Shown: positions 49,029 to 59,756 of the stretch, piece after piece
Position numbering within the stretch: position 1 is the stretch's first letter
Layout of the letters: every line of letters starts with the position of its first letter
Notes under the pieces: model-generated
Told to the model about the DNA's origin: nothing
What the model saw: the letters and a program-made list of their open reading frames with translations, nothing else
Databases searched by the model: none
Assembly: GCA_963707915.1 (NCBI GenBank)
Contig: OY970178.1
Coordinates: 3,094,103 to 3,158,102, forward strand
Reading direction: 5' to 3'
DNA: 64,000 nucleotides
Origin: Candidatus Eiseniibacteriota bacterium
GTDB taxonomy: Bacteria > Eisenbacteria > RBG-16-71-46
Made by a program: the position numbers and the translations under genes

Positions 49029-49916
49029 ATGAAGCGCAGTCTCGCGGTTGCCGTGATGGCATTGGTCGAGTTGTCGGTGCTCCAGCCCGCGGCTGCGACG
49101 TGGGCGGCGCCCTACCTGGGACAGAAGCCTCCGGGCGTCACGCCCCGCATCTTCGCGCCCGGCGTGGTCTCCACCGGCAACCTCCACAGCCGGCTGGCGA
49201 TCTCGCCCGATGGCCGCGAGATGTTCTGGAACACCGTGGACACGACGACGTTCTCGACGCAACTGATGACGGTGCGGGAGGTCGGCGGTCGGTGGACGAA
49301 GCCGGAGGCCCCGTCCTTCGCGACCGCGGGTTCCACGCAATCGCCCCGGTTCTCGCCGGACGGCGATCGGCTCTACTTCAACACGCGTGCCGAGCAGGAA
49401 TGGACGGCGGCGTTCGTGGAACGGCTCGCGTCGGGGTGGGGGGCGCCGCGTCGCGACGGCGTGATGCTGAGCAGTAGCTCGTCGTTCACGCGGTCGGGGA
49501 AGGTCTACCTGTCGTCGGGGATGGAGACCAAGATCTGGGGCACCGGGATCTTCTCGGCCCGGCTCTCGGCGGACGGCATCACCGACGCCGTGCCGCTGGA
49601 CTCGGTGATCAACGTCCCGCACGCCATCGACTACACGCCCTTCGTGTCGCCCGACGAGTCCTTCCTGCTGTTCTCGTCGAACCGCCCGGTGGTCGGCGAG
49701 AAGGAGGACATGCACGTGCTGGCGAGCTTCCGCTCCACCGATGGGACGTGGTCGGTGCCGCGCCGCGTGAGCGAGATCCACGCCAGGTTCCCATCGCTCT
49801 CGCCCGATGGCCGCTATCTGTTCTTCTGCGGCGACGACGGCAACATGTACTGGGTGGACGCGAAGGTCATCGAGACCCTGCGGCCCGCTCGGAGTGCGGG
49901 CGCTACGCGGCGCTGA
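49029..49916 (+). CDS. secreted PD40-repeat beta-propeller protein
   Basis: GGGAGGGGA RBS, signal peptide, repeats (LAISPDGREMFW, RFSPDGDRLYF, FVSPDESFLLFSS, SLSPDGRYLFFCG). Confidence 0.65.
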   Translation: MKRSLAVAVMALVELSVLQPAAATWAAPYLGQKPPGVTPRIFAPGVVSTGNLHSRLAISPDGREMFWNTVDTTTFSTQLMTVREVGGRWTKPEAPSFATAGSTQSPRFSPDGDRLYFNTRAEQEWTAAFVERLASGWGAPRRDGVMLSSSSSFTRSGKVYLSSGMETKIWGTGIFSARLSADGITDAVPLDSVINVPHAIDYTPFVSPDESFLLFSSNRPVVGEKEDMHVLASFRSTDGTWSVPRRVSEIHARFPSLSPDGRYLFFCGDDGNMYWVDAKVIETLRPARSAGATRR

Positions 49917-50006
49917 GGCGCACGGGCCCCCGCGCGCCACGTTCGATCCCGGCCAGGGCGGCGCACACGGCCCGGCCGGTCTTGCCTGGGCCGCGGAGGA
50001 CGGCGA

Positions 50007-50822
50007 TCAGGAGCCGAAGCGTCGCTGCAGGTCGGCGTACGCGATCGCGCCGTCGAGGAAGCCGAGCGTCCCGGAGTCGAGCAGCTCCCGGCCGGCTCGC
50101 TCCAACAGGCTGAGCGAGGCTCGGGCCAGGCTTCCGCCCAGGCTGACCCGCTTGACGCCGAGCGAGAAGAGCGTGGGCGCGTCGATGGTGTTCGCCAGCC
50201 CGGCCACCACGTTGAGCGGGCCCGGGATGGCCGCGGCGAGCCGGCGGATCGTGTCCTCCTCGACGACGCCGGGCACGAAGACGCAGTCGGCCCCGGCTTC
50301 GACGTACCGGACCGCCCGCTCGACCGTTTCGGCGAACGCATCGCCGGTCGTGCCGGCGAAGTAGGTGTCGGTGCGGGCGTTCAGCACGAAGGTGCCCCTG
50401 GGCGCCGCGGCCCGGGCGGCCGCGAGCCGGTCGACGGCCTCATCGATGCTGAACAGCCCGCCCTTCCCGGAATCCTCGAGGTTGCCGCCCACCGCCCCGA
50501 GCTCCACGGCCCGGGCCACGGTGCGGCCGACGTCCTCCGCGGTGTCGCCGTACCCCGCTTCGAGGTCCGCGGTCACGGGCACGCCCACCGCGGCCACGAT
50601 GCGACCGACCTGCTCGAGCATCGTGTCGCGGTCCAGCGGTCCTCCGTCCGGGACTCCGCAGGACCAGGCGATGCCCGCGCTGGTCGTGGCGATGGCCGGG
50701 AAGCCGACCTGCTCGAGGATGCGGGCGGACCCGGCATCCCAGGCGTTGGGGAGCACGAAGCCGGGACCGGCGTGCAGGGCAAGCAGGGCGGCGGCCTTGT
50801 CGGTCGAAGGTCCGGTGGTCAC
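50007..50822 (-). CDS. isocitrate lyase/PEP mutase superfamily enzyme (2-methylisocitrate lyase or carboxyvinyl-carboxyphosphonate phosphorylmutase-like)
   Basis: VLPNAWDAGSARILEQ...TTSAG N-terminal signature and the ...EAGADCVFVPG motif. GTG start at 50822 chosen; the annotated ORF extends to 51011 with Arg-rich junk. Confidence 0.65.
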   Translation of the reverse strand: MTTGPSTDKAAALLALHAGPGFVLPNAWDAGSARILEQVGFPAIATTSAGIAWSCGVPDGGPLDRDTMLEQVGRIVAAVGVPVTADLEAGYGDTAEDVGRTVARAVELGAVGGNLEDSGKGGLFSIDEAVDRLAAARAAAPRGTFVLNARTDTYFAGTTGDAFAETVERAVRYVEAGADCVFVPGVVEEDTIRRLAAAIPGPLNVVAGLANTIDAPTLFSLGVKRVSLGGSLARASLSLLERAGRELLDSGTLGFLDGAIAYADLQRRFGS

Positions 50823-51244
50823 GAGCCCCCCACGTCGATGTCGGTGTACGACATACCGCCGGGGAGCCGGGCGTACCCGCCTCCCCGGCCGAAGCGGACC
50901 TCGACCGGGGCCGGCCGCGATGCGCGTGCCGCTTCCGTCGCTGCCGCGTCGTCGTCGTTCCAGTCTTCCGCGAGCACACCCCATTGTTGGCGGCAGGGTT
51001 GACGTTGTCAACCCGGAGTGTCCCCATTCCTCGGACCACCGGTCATGACAGGGGCTTCGGCGTGATGGGGTGGACCTCGGGCTTCATCGCCGCGCGGGGA
51101 ACAGGTATCTTCGAAGCGCGGCGCCGCGACCGGGAAGACGCAGCTTCCGGCGCGCGCCGCCCGCATCTGGAACCGACGGGCGTCGCGCGGGATGATCACC
51201 CGCGTCCCCCGGGGGCATCTGCATCATCTCGTCTGGAGGATGGT

Positions 51245-52770
51245 ATGCGAGCTCGGGTCGTCGCCCGGCTTCTCGCCCTGGCGCTGGTGGTGTCGTCGCC
51301 GTGCCCGGCGCAGGCGGGCACGGTGCGCATCGAGAGCGGGGGGATCGATAGGCGTCCCGAGCGGCCTGCCCGGCGTCCTCGTCTTCAGGGGGGTGCCCTA
51401 TGCGCGGCCGCCGGTCGGGGCGCTCCGGTGGCAGCCGCCGCAGCCGCCGGCGGCGTGGAGCGGTGTGCGCAGGGCCGACGGCGTCGCTCCGTGCTGCCAG
51501 CAGGTGCCGTGGTCGGCGCCGCCCTGGACGGCGGAGTTCGTCACGCAGGAGCGGACGAGTGAGGACTGCCTCGACCTCAACCTCTGGACCGCGCAAGCCT
51601 CAGGCCGCACGAAGCGCCCGGTGCTCGTGTGGCTGCACGGCGGCGCGCTGACCGGAGGATCCGGCGCGGTGGCCGTGTACGACGGCGCCCAGCTCGCCCG
51701 TCGCGGCCTCGTGGTGGTGACCGTCAACTACCGGTTGGGCGCACTCGGCTTCCTCGCGCATCCCGGGCTGAGCGCGGAGTCCCCGCGGCACGTCTCCGGG
51801 AACTACGGGCTGCTCGATTGCATCGCCGCGCTGCAGTGGGTCCGGCGGAACATCGCGGCCTTCGGTGGCGACCCCGGGCGAGTGACGATCGCCGGGCAGT
51901 CTGCGGGCGCCGACCTGGTCAGCGCGCTGATGCGCTCGCCCCTGGCGACAGGGCTCTTCCACCGCGCCATCCTGATGAGCGGGGGCTCGTCCGACGGATA
52001 CCCTGCCGCTCGCCGAGGCCGAGCGGCAGGGCGCGGCGTGGGCGAGGACCTTCCAGGACAGCTCGCTCGCGGCGCTGCGCGCGCTGCCCGCCGCCGGAAC
52101 CATGGTCGGCGGGCGCTTCGGGCTCGTGGCGGACGGCTGGTGCCTTCCCGCGAACGGATCGACCGCTCCGGTGAGCGACGTGCCGATCCTCTTTGGCCTG
52201 ACCGCGGACGAAGGCAGCAGTGACCCCACGTACGGCAAGGTCACGGCCGCGGAGTACGCGGCGTTCGCGCGCTCGCACCTGGACACGCTGGCGGACGAGG
52301 CGCTGCAGCTCTATCCGTTCTCCAACGACGAGCAGGCCGGGCTCGCGCAGAAGCAGAGCATGCGCGACCTCGGGCTCTTCCAGACCCTGCGCTGGGCGCG
52401 CGCGCGCGCCGCTCGGGACCACGCGCCACTGTACGCGTACTATTTCACGCGCGGCATCCCCTGGCCCGAGCATCCGGAGTTCGGCGCGTTCCACAGCTCC
52501 GACGTGCCCTATGCATTCGCGAACCTCCGGCTGCTGCAACGTCCCTGGCAGGAGGCCGATCGCCGCCTGTCCGAGACGCTCGCGGCGTACTGGGTCCGCT
52601 TCGCCCGGACGGGAGATCCGAATGGGCCGGGATTGCCGGAGTGGCCGGCGTTCGATCCCGGCGAGCCGCGGCTGCTGGAGCTGGGCGCGACCGTGGCCCC
52701 GCGCCCGATCCTCGAACCCCGGCGCGTGGAGTTCTACGAGAAGTGCCTGGCGCTTCCCCCGCGCGAGTAG
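51245..52770 (+). pseudogene. carboxylesterase type B (para-nitrobenzyl-esterase-like) with two frameshifts at G-runs (about 51340-51346 and 51981-51995)
   Basis: Signal peptide in frame A, FRGVPYARPPVGALRW...EDCLDLNLW...GQSAGA core in frame B, and the C-terminal half (TLPLAEAERQG...EFYEKCL) in frame C. Both shifts sit next to GGGGG(G) homopolymers. Confidence 0.65.
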
Positions 52771-52841
52771 GCGCGCGCAGCCCGCCTCACGATCCGCCCG
52801 CTGGCCATGCTGCAGTCCGCGCGAAGCGTCGATGATGCCCG

Positions 52842-55817
52842 TCACTCCAGCAACGTCAACTTGCGCGTTCCGACCACACGGTCACCGAGCCGCATGCGCA
52901 CGAAGTAGAGCCCCGCCGCGAGTCTCCGGCCGCTGGCGTCCGCCGGTCGCCAGGACGCCGACCATTCGCCGGCACTGCGCGCGCCCGGCTCCACCGACGC
53001 CACCCGACGGCCAGCCATGTCGAGGACGTCGAACGCCACCTCGCCCTCGGCCCGCAACGCGTAGTCGATGCGCAGCGCGCCGCGGCCCGGGTTGGGCGAG
53101 ATGCCGCCTAACGCGTCGCGGTCGGGACGTGGCGTGCCTTCCACGGTGACGGTTCCGCTCCGCAGTCCGACCTCGAAGATGCCTGCGCCCCCGTCGCGCA
53201 CCACGACGACGCCGTACCAGCCGGTGACCGGCGCCGTGATCACCACGGACTGCTGACTCTCCACCAGCGCGCTCGCGCGACCCGTCCACAAGGGGCCGCC
53301 GGTGGGCGCGAAGACCAGCACCTTCGCATCGAGCCCGGGGCTGTGCGAGAACGTGAGGGTGTAGGTCTGGCCGGCGATCATGGGCGCATCCCAGCTCTCC
53401 ACCAGGAAGTCGCTCGTTGTGGTGCGCACGTTGTCGGGCGCGTCGAGCGTCAGCTCCTGATGGCCTGGGAAGTACTCCACCAGTCCCGCATCGGCGCCGG
53501 TCCAGCGGATCGCGGAAGCGTAGTAGGTGGCGAACGAGTTGAAGTTGAAGTCGCCGACCACGACGTCCGCCTCGGGGTACATGGTCGAGTTCGCCAGCAT
53601 CCCGCTCAGGCACGTGCCGATCGCTCCACCTGTCGGCGACGAGTAGGCGTAGAGACTCCAGTCGCTGCTGCTCGTCAGTCCGGCCGCGGCGATCGCCGTC
53701 CAGTAGGGCAACGCCGGCGCGAACGAGACGAACGCCCTTGGCTCGGTCGGCACGATGAACGCCGGCCCCGGCGTGAGCGACACGATCGGCGGGCAGGTGC
53801 GCACCCTGATCGTGTAGGCGTCCGCCGCTCCGTTCTCGTTGACGACAACGACTCCATAGAATCCGCTGCTCGGCGCCGTGTACGTGTGGGCGCCCGCGCC
53901 GCTCTCGAACTCGGCCATCTGGCGGCCTGCCCAGTACTCGTAGCCGGTCTCGTTGCGGAACAGCATGAGCGTGAGGGAGGCGGCCGGACCGCTCGAGAGT
54001 TCGAACTCGTAGGCCTGCCCGGCCTCCAGGTACACGTCCCAGCAACCCACGACGTCGTCGGGTCCGGTGGTGCGCTGCGTGACGTTGTTGTCATTGGCGA
54101 TGATCAGGTTCTCGCCGGAATCCCACTGCACGGCTGTCGACGACACGCTTTCGGCGCGGGGCTGCGCGGCGTTCAGATAGTAGGTGCCGGGCGTGTTGTA
54201 GTTGAAGTCGCCGACGACGACGGGTTGCCGCCCTGAGGGCACGCCATAGGACGTGGCAAAGGGCAGCGTGGTGCAGCTTGGCCACAGCGAACTGAGGTTG
54301 TCGCCGTTGAGGTTCAGCACCCATTCCGGGCTTTCGCCGCGCAATGCGGCGGCGGTCCAGTATCGGGCGGTCTGCGCGATCGAGAAGTACGCCGTCATCA
54401 CCATGCCGGTCGAGGCGGTAACGCCGGGCGAGAGCGCGGTCGGGAACGAGCAGTCGCCGAAGGTAACGCTGTAGTCGCCGGCAACCGCCGCATCGTTGAC
54501 GACCGCCACGCCGTACCATCCGCTCACCGGCGCGGTGTAGGTGGTCGGCCCCGCCCCGCCCCCTGGCGAGCTCAGGACGGCCGCGGACCTACCGGCAAAG
54601 TACGCGCCGCCGCCGCTGTTGGCGAACAACAGCAACGTCCGACCGATGGGGAGTGAGAGGATGAAGCGGTACGTGTGGCCGGCGTGCAAGTAGACGTCGT
54701 AGAAATCGGCGAGATCGCTGCCCGCCATGGACTCGAAATGCGGGAGGCTGTTGGTTTCGAGGATCCCCTGCGTACCGGTGAACTCGACTTCGCCCGCGGC
54801 CGCGCCGCTGAACAGGTGCGGGTAGACGAAGTACCAGCCCGCGGGTGAGAAGCTGAAGTCGCCCACCGTGAGGTCCACGCTGCCGGGGCCGAACCCCGAG
54901 GTGGCGAACAGCCCGTCGAAGCACGTCGGCGGACTGCCGCCGCTCGGCATGTCGTAGAGGCCGAGGTCCCAGTCTGCGGCCGAGGACCGGACCGCACATC
55001 CCATCCAGAACGGGTCCCTCGCCTCGAAGGCCAGGTTCCCGTTCGGCAGAGCGACGACAACCGGCGTCTGCGCCGTGAGGGCCGAGGGGATCGGGCAGGT
55101 CGAAGCCGTGACGCCCAGCTTGTACGAGAGGGCGGTGCCGGCGTCGTTGGTGAGCACGAGGCCGTAGTAACCGGTCGTTGTCGGCGTGAAGGTCGTTGTG
55201 CCGGTGACGTCGAAGTGGGCTGCGCTGCGGCCGGCCCAGTAAGTGCCGCCCGTGATGTTGGCGAACAACATCAGGTGGGCCCCCGACCAGTTCGTGGGGA
55301 AGAAGTCGAACGTGTAGGTCGTGCCCGTGGACATGTAGACGTCCCAGACGCGGATCAGGTCGGATGTGGCCATCGATCCGGAGATCGCGGAGCCGTTGGG
55401 TACGATGACGTCGGGGCCGTCGTCCCACTGCACGGTCGCATTCCCTCCGGAGTATCGGGACACCGAGGGGTAGTAGGTGCCCGGCGCGTTGTGGTTGAAA
55501 TCGCCGACGACGAAGTCCAGCACGCCGACTCCGGCGGTCGATGACGCCAGCAGGCCGGTGGGCGTGCAGGAAGGCTCTGGCGTGGTGCCCGAGTAGAGGA
55601 AGAGGTCCCAGTCCGCGCCCGGCTGCGGTCGCACCGCAACGGCAGTCCAGAAGGCCGAGGACTGCGCGAACTGACAGAGTGCCGGCGTGCTCGATACCGG
55701 CACCGCAGTGCCCGAGGTCAGCACTTGGGTCGGACATGCCGCACGCGCCGGGCCGGCGAGCGCGAGCGCAAGTACGACGGCGCTCGTCGTGTGGTGGAGA
55801 GCGATTCGGAGAGTCAT
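52842..55817 (-). CDS. large secreted protein of four tandem ~220-aa repeats with a C-terminal FlgD-Ig/T9SS-like sorting domain
   Basis: Signal peptide. Repeated blocks each containing VVGDFNxNxPGTYY and WD/YW motifs. C-terminus ...GLYFVRMRLGDRVVGTRKLTLLE. Confidence 0.7.
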   Translation of the reverse strand: MTLRIALHHTTSAVVLALALAGPARAACPTQVLTSGTAVPVSSTPALCQFAQSSAFWTAVAVRPQPGADWDLFLYSGTTPEPSCTPTGLLASSTAGVGVLDFVVGDFNHNAPGTYYPSVSRYSGGNATVQWDDGPDVIVPNGSAISGSMATSDLIRVWDVYMSTGTTYTFDFFPTNWSGAHLMLFANITGGTYWAGRSAAHFDVTGTTTFTPTTTGYYGLVLTNDAGTALSYKLGVTASTCPIPSALTAQTPVVVALPNGNLAFEARDPFWMGCAVRSSAADWDLGLYDMPSGGSPPTCFDGLFATSGFGPGSVDLTVGDFSFSPAGWYFVYPHLFSGAAAGEVEFTGTQGILETNSLPHFESMAGSDLADFYDVYLHAGHTYRFILSLPIGRTLLLFANSGGGAYFAGRSAAVLSSPGGGAGPTTYTAPVSGWYGVAVVNDAAVAGDYSVTFGDCSFPTALSPGVTASTGMVMTAYFSIAQTARYWTAAALRGESPEWVLNLNGDNLSSLWPSCTTLPFATSYGVPSGRQPVVVGDFNYNTPGTYYLNAAQPRAESVSSTAVQWDSGENLIIANDNNVTQRTTGPDDVVGCWDVYLEAGQAYEFELSSGPAASLTLMLFRNETGYEYWAGRQMAEFESGAGAHTYTAPSSGFYGVVVVNENGAADAYTIRVRTCPPIVSLTPGPAFIVPTEPRAFVSFAPALPYWTAIAAAGLTSSSDWSLYAYSSPTGGAIGTCLSGMLANSTMYPEADVVVGDFNFNSFATYYASAIRWTGADAGLVEYFPGHQELTLDAPDNVRTTTSDFLVESWDAPMIAGQTYTLTFSHSPGLDAKVLVFAPTGGPLWTGRASALVESQQSVVITAPVTGWYGVVVVRDGGAGIFEVGLRSGTVTVEGTPRPDRDALGGISPNPGRGALRIDYALRAEGEVAFDVLDMAGRRVASVEPGARSAGEWSASWRPADASGRRLAAGLYFVRMRLGDRVVGTRKLTLLE

Positions 55818-56434
55818 CGCGAGCCTCCCTTCGCGATGCGACGAAGCTCCGCCTGCTTCTCGAGCTGCGCGGGCGCCAGCGGCGTGGGCGCGGGGTTGAG
55901 GATCGCGCCGGCCGCCAGCCGGTTCTCCGATGCAGACGACGGCGCACTGCGCGCGTGCGCCCGCTTCTCGGTGATCGCCGCGGCCCGCTCCGCCCCCAGC
56001 TTCGGATCCAGCGGCCGTGACGTAACGAGCGGGCCGGGCCTGGTGCGTACGTCACCCGCGGGCGCAGCGCCCGCGGGCAGCCCGAGCATCGTGGCGCGAT
56101 TGCGCTGCTGCATCCTCAGCAGCGCGCCAGACTGCTTCTCGGCCTGCGAATTCTCCGTCGGCCGGTCGGGGCCCGGCGGGCGCGAGGTCGCGACCGGCGG
56201 GGCCTTCGCATCGCCGAGCGCGAACGCCGCTGCCGGCGCCGGAATCGCCGCGTGGATCGACTCCAGCTTGATGCGTTGAGCGGCCGTGGGCGTGGGCGAT
56301 AGCGAAGGCGGCAGTTCGGTGCGCACCTCGGCGGGCTTGCCGGTGGCGTCCGGCGAGGAGTCACCGGCGAGCGCCGGATCGGGTGAGGCGCACAACGCTA
56401 CCGCGCTGGCGAGAACCAGGAGAGCGCATTTCAT
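55814..56434 (-). CDS. secreted Pro/Ala-rich hypothetical protein
   Basis: Start MKCALLVLASAVALCASPDPALA with GGAGGAG upstream. Stop overlaps the start of the repeat protein. Confidence 0.5.
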   Translation of the reverse strand: MKCALLVLASAVALCASPDPALAGDSSPDATGKPAEVRTELPPSLSPTPTAAQRIKLESIHAAIPAPAAAFALGDAKAPPVATSRPPGPDRPTENSQAEKQSGALLRMQQRNRATMLGLPAGAAPAGDVRTRPGPLVTSRPLDPKLGAERAAAITEKRAHARSAPSSASENRLAAGAILNPAPTPLAPAQLEKQAELRRIAKGGSR

Positions 56435-56828
56435 GGGAGACTCCTCCGCGTCGAGGTGAAGAATCGGCATGGGGCTACCGCTCAAACGACCCGAGGCCGC
56501 GCGAATCACACGGGAAGTGCGGGCGCGAGGGATCCCCGAGGCGGGGCGGACGGGCCGTGCCGGGGGCCACCGGGAACGAGCTTGCGTCGGGCGAAGGGCC
56601 CGGCTTTACTTGCGCTCACGACGAGGGGTCTGCGTCCGCAAATGACCCCGAGCGGGGCCGGGACGTTCCGCCGGAGCCCGCGCCGGCGAACTCCCGAGCC
56701 GCGGCTGGAGGGTGGGTGTCGAATCCCGAAGGTCAACTCCACTGGGTCGGCGGGGCGCCCGCGGGCGCCGCGCCCCGTTGATCGACTTTTCCGTGGCCGC
56801 CACCCGGGCGGGGCCGGTCCGGCTGGGG

Positions 56829-59756
56829 ATGCTCCTCGCCGTGGTGTTGCTCGCGAGCGGCGCGGGTTCCACGCCGTCCGCGCCGGGGCGGGCCGCGGCG
56901 CCCGAGGTCGCCGGGCGCACGTCGCCGGGGGCTTCGGCCCCGGATCGCACTCCCGTCCAGCGCCGCACGCTCGCGCTCCTCGATTCGCTCTGGGCCGCGG
57001 GGAGGACCGATACGCTGTGGACGTGCGCGGAGGCCGCGTTGCGGACGGCCCGCGTCCGCGGCGACGCGAGGCTCACGCTCGATCTGCTGGCGACGCGCGG
57101 GCGGATGCGCGCGAGCCTCGGACTGATCGCGGAATCCGAGCCCGATCTACGAGCCGCCATCCGCATGGCGCGATCGGCCGGCGACGACTCGACGCTGCGG
57201 GCCAGCCTGCGATGGCTCGCCTATGCCCTGGATCGCGAGGGCAGGAACGACGAGGCGCTCCGCGCGTGGCAGCGTCTTCGCGCGCACTCGGAGCGGGCCG
57301 GCGACCTCGTGCACCAGGCGTGGGCCTGGTCGGGCATCGGCTTCCTGCGCTGGCAGTCGGGCGACCCCCGGGCCGCCGAGAGCGCCGACCTGCGGGCGCT
57401 GGGCCTCTTCCGCGCGGCGCACGACGAGCGCGGCGAGGCGTTCGTGCTGAACGCGCTGGGTGTGGTGGCGAACGCGCAGGGTGACTACCTCCGGGCCGAC
57501 CAGCGCTTCCGGCTCGCGGCCGCGAAGGCCGACCGTGCGCGGTGGACGTGGCTGGCGGCCGTTGCCTGGAACAACGTCGCGTCGCTCGAGCAATCGCTGG
57601 GCGATCCGGGGCGCGCCCGCACCCTGTACGTGAAGGCCGCCGAGTTGCATCGCCGCGCAGGTGACCTGGCGGAAGCCCTGGTGACGGGCGAGAACGTCGC
57701 GCGCTGCGACGCGGCGCTGGGCGCGTACGACGAGGCCGCCGCGGAGCTCGAGCTGCTCTTCCGGGAGTGTCGCGAGCACGGGATCGCACACCTGGAGGGC
57801 GGGCTTCGCAACGCGCTCGCCGACGTGCGCACCCGCCAGGGTCGCCCGCACGCGGCCGCCCGTCTCTATCGGGCGAACCTCGAGCGTGGAGCCTCGATCA
57901 CGGCGGATGCGCATCAGGAAGCGGTGCTCGGACTCGCCCGCACGCTTGCCGCCGTGGACAGCGTGCCGGCTGGCCTGGCGCTGATGCGCCGGGAGTCGAG
58001 CTGGATTCGCACGGCGGCGGACGCGATCGGTCGCGCCGAATGCGACGAGGAGCTGGGCGACTTGCTGCTGCGAGCAGGTCGCCCGCAGGAGGCGCTGCGG
58101 GTCCTGCTCTCCGCGGCCGCCGAAGCTCGCCGGCTGGGGGTCGGTGCGCCCCGCATCCGGGCTCTGGCCGGGGCCGCCCGGGCCGCGGAGCGTCTCGGCA
58201 TGCGCGATCGCGCGCTGGCGCTGCTCCGCGAGGCACTCGGCGTGTGGGAAGTGGAGCGGGGCCTGCCCGCCGATCCCGAGTGGCGTGAGGTGCGTGGTGT
58301 CGTTGCCGCGGACGTGGTTGCGAGCCTGGGAAGGCTGCTGCTCGTGCTCCCGCCCGACGCCTCCCCTGCCGAGCGCGCCCGGCACGCATTCGACGCGGTG
58401 CAGGCGTTCAAGGCGCGCACGTTGATGGAGCGCATGCTCGGCCCCGCGCGCGGCGACACGTCGTCACCCGCGGCGATCCCGACCACCTGCACGGAGCTAC
58501 AGCGTCGGGTGCTTCGCCCCGGGGAGCTGATGCTCGACTTCTACCTCGGGGCGGATTCCGGGCTGGTGTTCGTCGTGAGTCGCGAGGAGTGTCGCGCCTA
58601 CCGCATTCCGCCGCGGCGCGAACTCGAGTCGGTGCTCGCGCCGTACTCGCGAGCCGTCGCCGCGGCCGACGGGAGTGCGGAGCCCGCGAGGGGGCGCGAC
58701 GCCGGTCTGGCGCTCGCACATCGCAGCGTGCGCGAGTTGCTGCTCGGGCCGGCGCTCGATCGCATCGCGCGGAGCCGCAGCCTGATCGTGGTTCCCGACG
58801 GCATCCTCGATCGCCTAAGCTTCGCCGCGCTGCTCGACGACCCTTCGCCGGACCCGGCGGCGCGTCGGCTCGCGCTGCAGACCGTGCCGTCCGCGTCGAT
58901 CCTCGCCCGACTGCGAGCGACGCTGGCCGACCGCCCGGCGTGGGTGCGTGACGGGCCGTCGATCCTCGCTCTCGCCGGCGGCAGGGACGCGAGCGGCAAC
59001 CGACTCTCCGGCGCGCTGGGCGAAGTCCGGGACCTCGCCTCCGACTTCCGCCGCGTCTCCCTCGCGCTGCCCGGGACGCCGTCGCCCCCGCGGGCGGGTC
59101 CGGTGGACTCGATCCGCGCGGCGGAACTCCGCGGGACGGCGCTGCTCGAGCGCGCGGCGGGTTACGATGTGCTCCACTTCGCGGCGCACACCACGATCGA
59201 CGAGCAACGTCCCTGGCGATCCTCGCTCCGCCTCGGCGACGAGACCGACCCGGGGCGGCTACTGCGCCTGACCGGCTCGGCCATCGCGCGATCGACGCTC
59301 TCCGCGCGGCTGGTCGTCCTGTCGACCTGTCGTTCTGCCGACGGCCGGTTGCTGCCGGGGGAAGGCGTGCAGGGGCCGGCGGCGGCGTTCCTGGTCGCTG
59401 GGGTTCCGGCCGTGGTCGCGGCGCTGTGGCCGGTGCAGGACGCCGATGCCCGCTGGATGATGCGACGCCTCTACCTCCACCTGGCGGAGGGTGCGACCGT
59501 GGGCGAAGCGCTGTCGCTGGCCCAGTCGGACGCGCGCAGGACCGCCGAGCGATTCCGTTCGGCGCGCTGGGCGGGCTATGTCGTCGTCGGCGACGGCGAC
59601 TTGCGGATTCCGATTCGACGCAGGACGCTTGCGGAACGCTTCGGGCTCCCGGCCGCGCTCCTGCTGTTCGGATGCGCGGCGGTCCTCGGCTGGCTTCTCC
59701 GGCCACCTGACATCAAGAGGGAATGTGATTCCCGCGAACCGTCGGCGTTTCCATGA
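56829..59756 (+). CDS. TPR-repeat plus CHAT-domain (caspase-like protease) protein with a C-terminal membrane anchor
   Basis: Multiple TPR-like helices. C-terminal CHAT region with catalytic His/Cys (VLHFAAHT... / LVVLSTCRSA). Final hydrophobic helix LPAALLLFGCAAVLGWLL. Start alternatives up to 56712. Confidence 0.7.
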   Translation: MLLAVVLLASGAGSTPSAPGRAAAPEVAGRTSPGASAPDRTPVQRRTLALLDSLWAAGRTDTLWTCAEAALRTARVRGDARLTLDLLATRGRMRASLGLIAESEPDLRAAIRMARSAGDDSTLRASLRWLAYALDREGRNDEALRAWQRLRAHSERAGDLVHQAWAWSGIGFLRWQSGDPRAAESADLRALGLFRAAHDERGEAFVLNALGVVANAQGDYLRADQRFRLAAAKADRARWTWLAAVAWNNVASLEQSLGDPGRARTLYVKAAELHRRAGDLAEALVTGENVARCDAALGAYDEAAAELELLFRECREHGIAHLEGGLRNALADVRTRQGRPHAAARLYRANLERGASITADAHQEAVLGLARTLAAVDSVPAGLALMRRESSWIRTAADAIGRAECDEELGDLLLRAGRPQEALRVLLSAAAEARRLGVGAPRIRALAGAARAAERLGMRDRALALLREALGVWEVERGLPADPEWREVRGVVAADVVASLGRLLLVLPPDASPAERARHAFDAVQAFKARTLMERMLGPARGDTSSPAAIPTTCTELQRRVLRPGELMLDFYLGADSGLVFVVSREECRAYRIPPRRELESVLAPYSRAVAAADGSAEPARGRDAGLALAHRSVRELLLGPALDRIARSRSLIVVPDGILDRLSFAALLDDPSPDPAARRLALQTVPSASILARLRATLADRPAWVRDGPSILALAGGRDASGNRLSGALGEVRDLASDFRRVSLALPGTPSPPRAGPVDSIRAAELRGTALLERAAGYDVLHFAAHTTIDEQRPWRSSLRLGDETDPGRLLRLTGSAIARSTLSARLVVLSTCRSADGRLLPGEGVQGPAAAFLVAGVPAVVAALWPVQDADARWMMRRLYLHLAEGATVGEALSLAQSDARRTAERFRSARWAGYVVVGDGDLRIPIRRRTLAERFGLPAALLLFGCAAVLGWLLRPPDIKRECDSREPSAFP

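Noticed and set aside
50365-51048. 227-aa plus-strand ORF overlapping the PEP-mutase-family gene
   Set aside because: Opposite-strand shadow of a gene with clear family motifs. Ser/Arg/Pro-rich, no signature.
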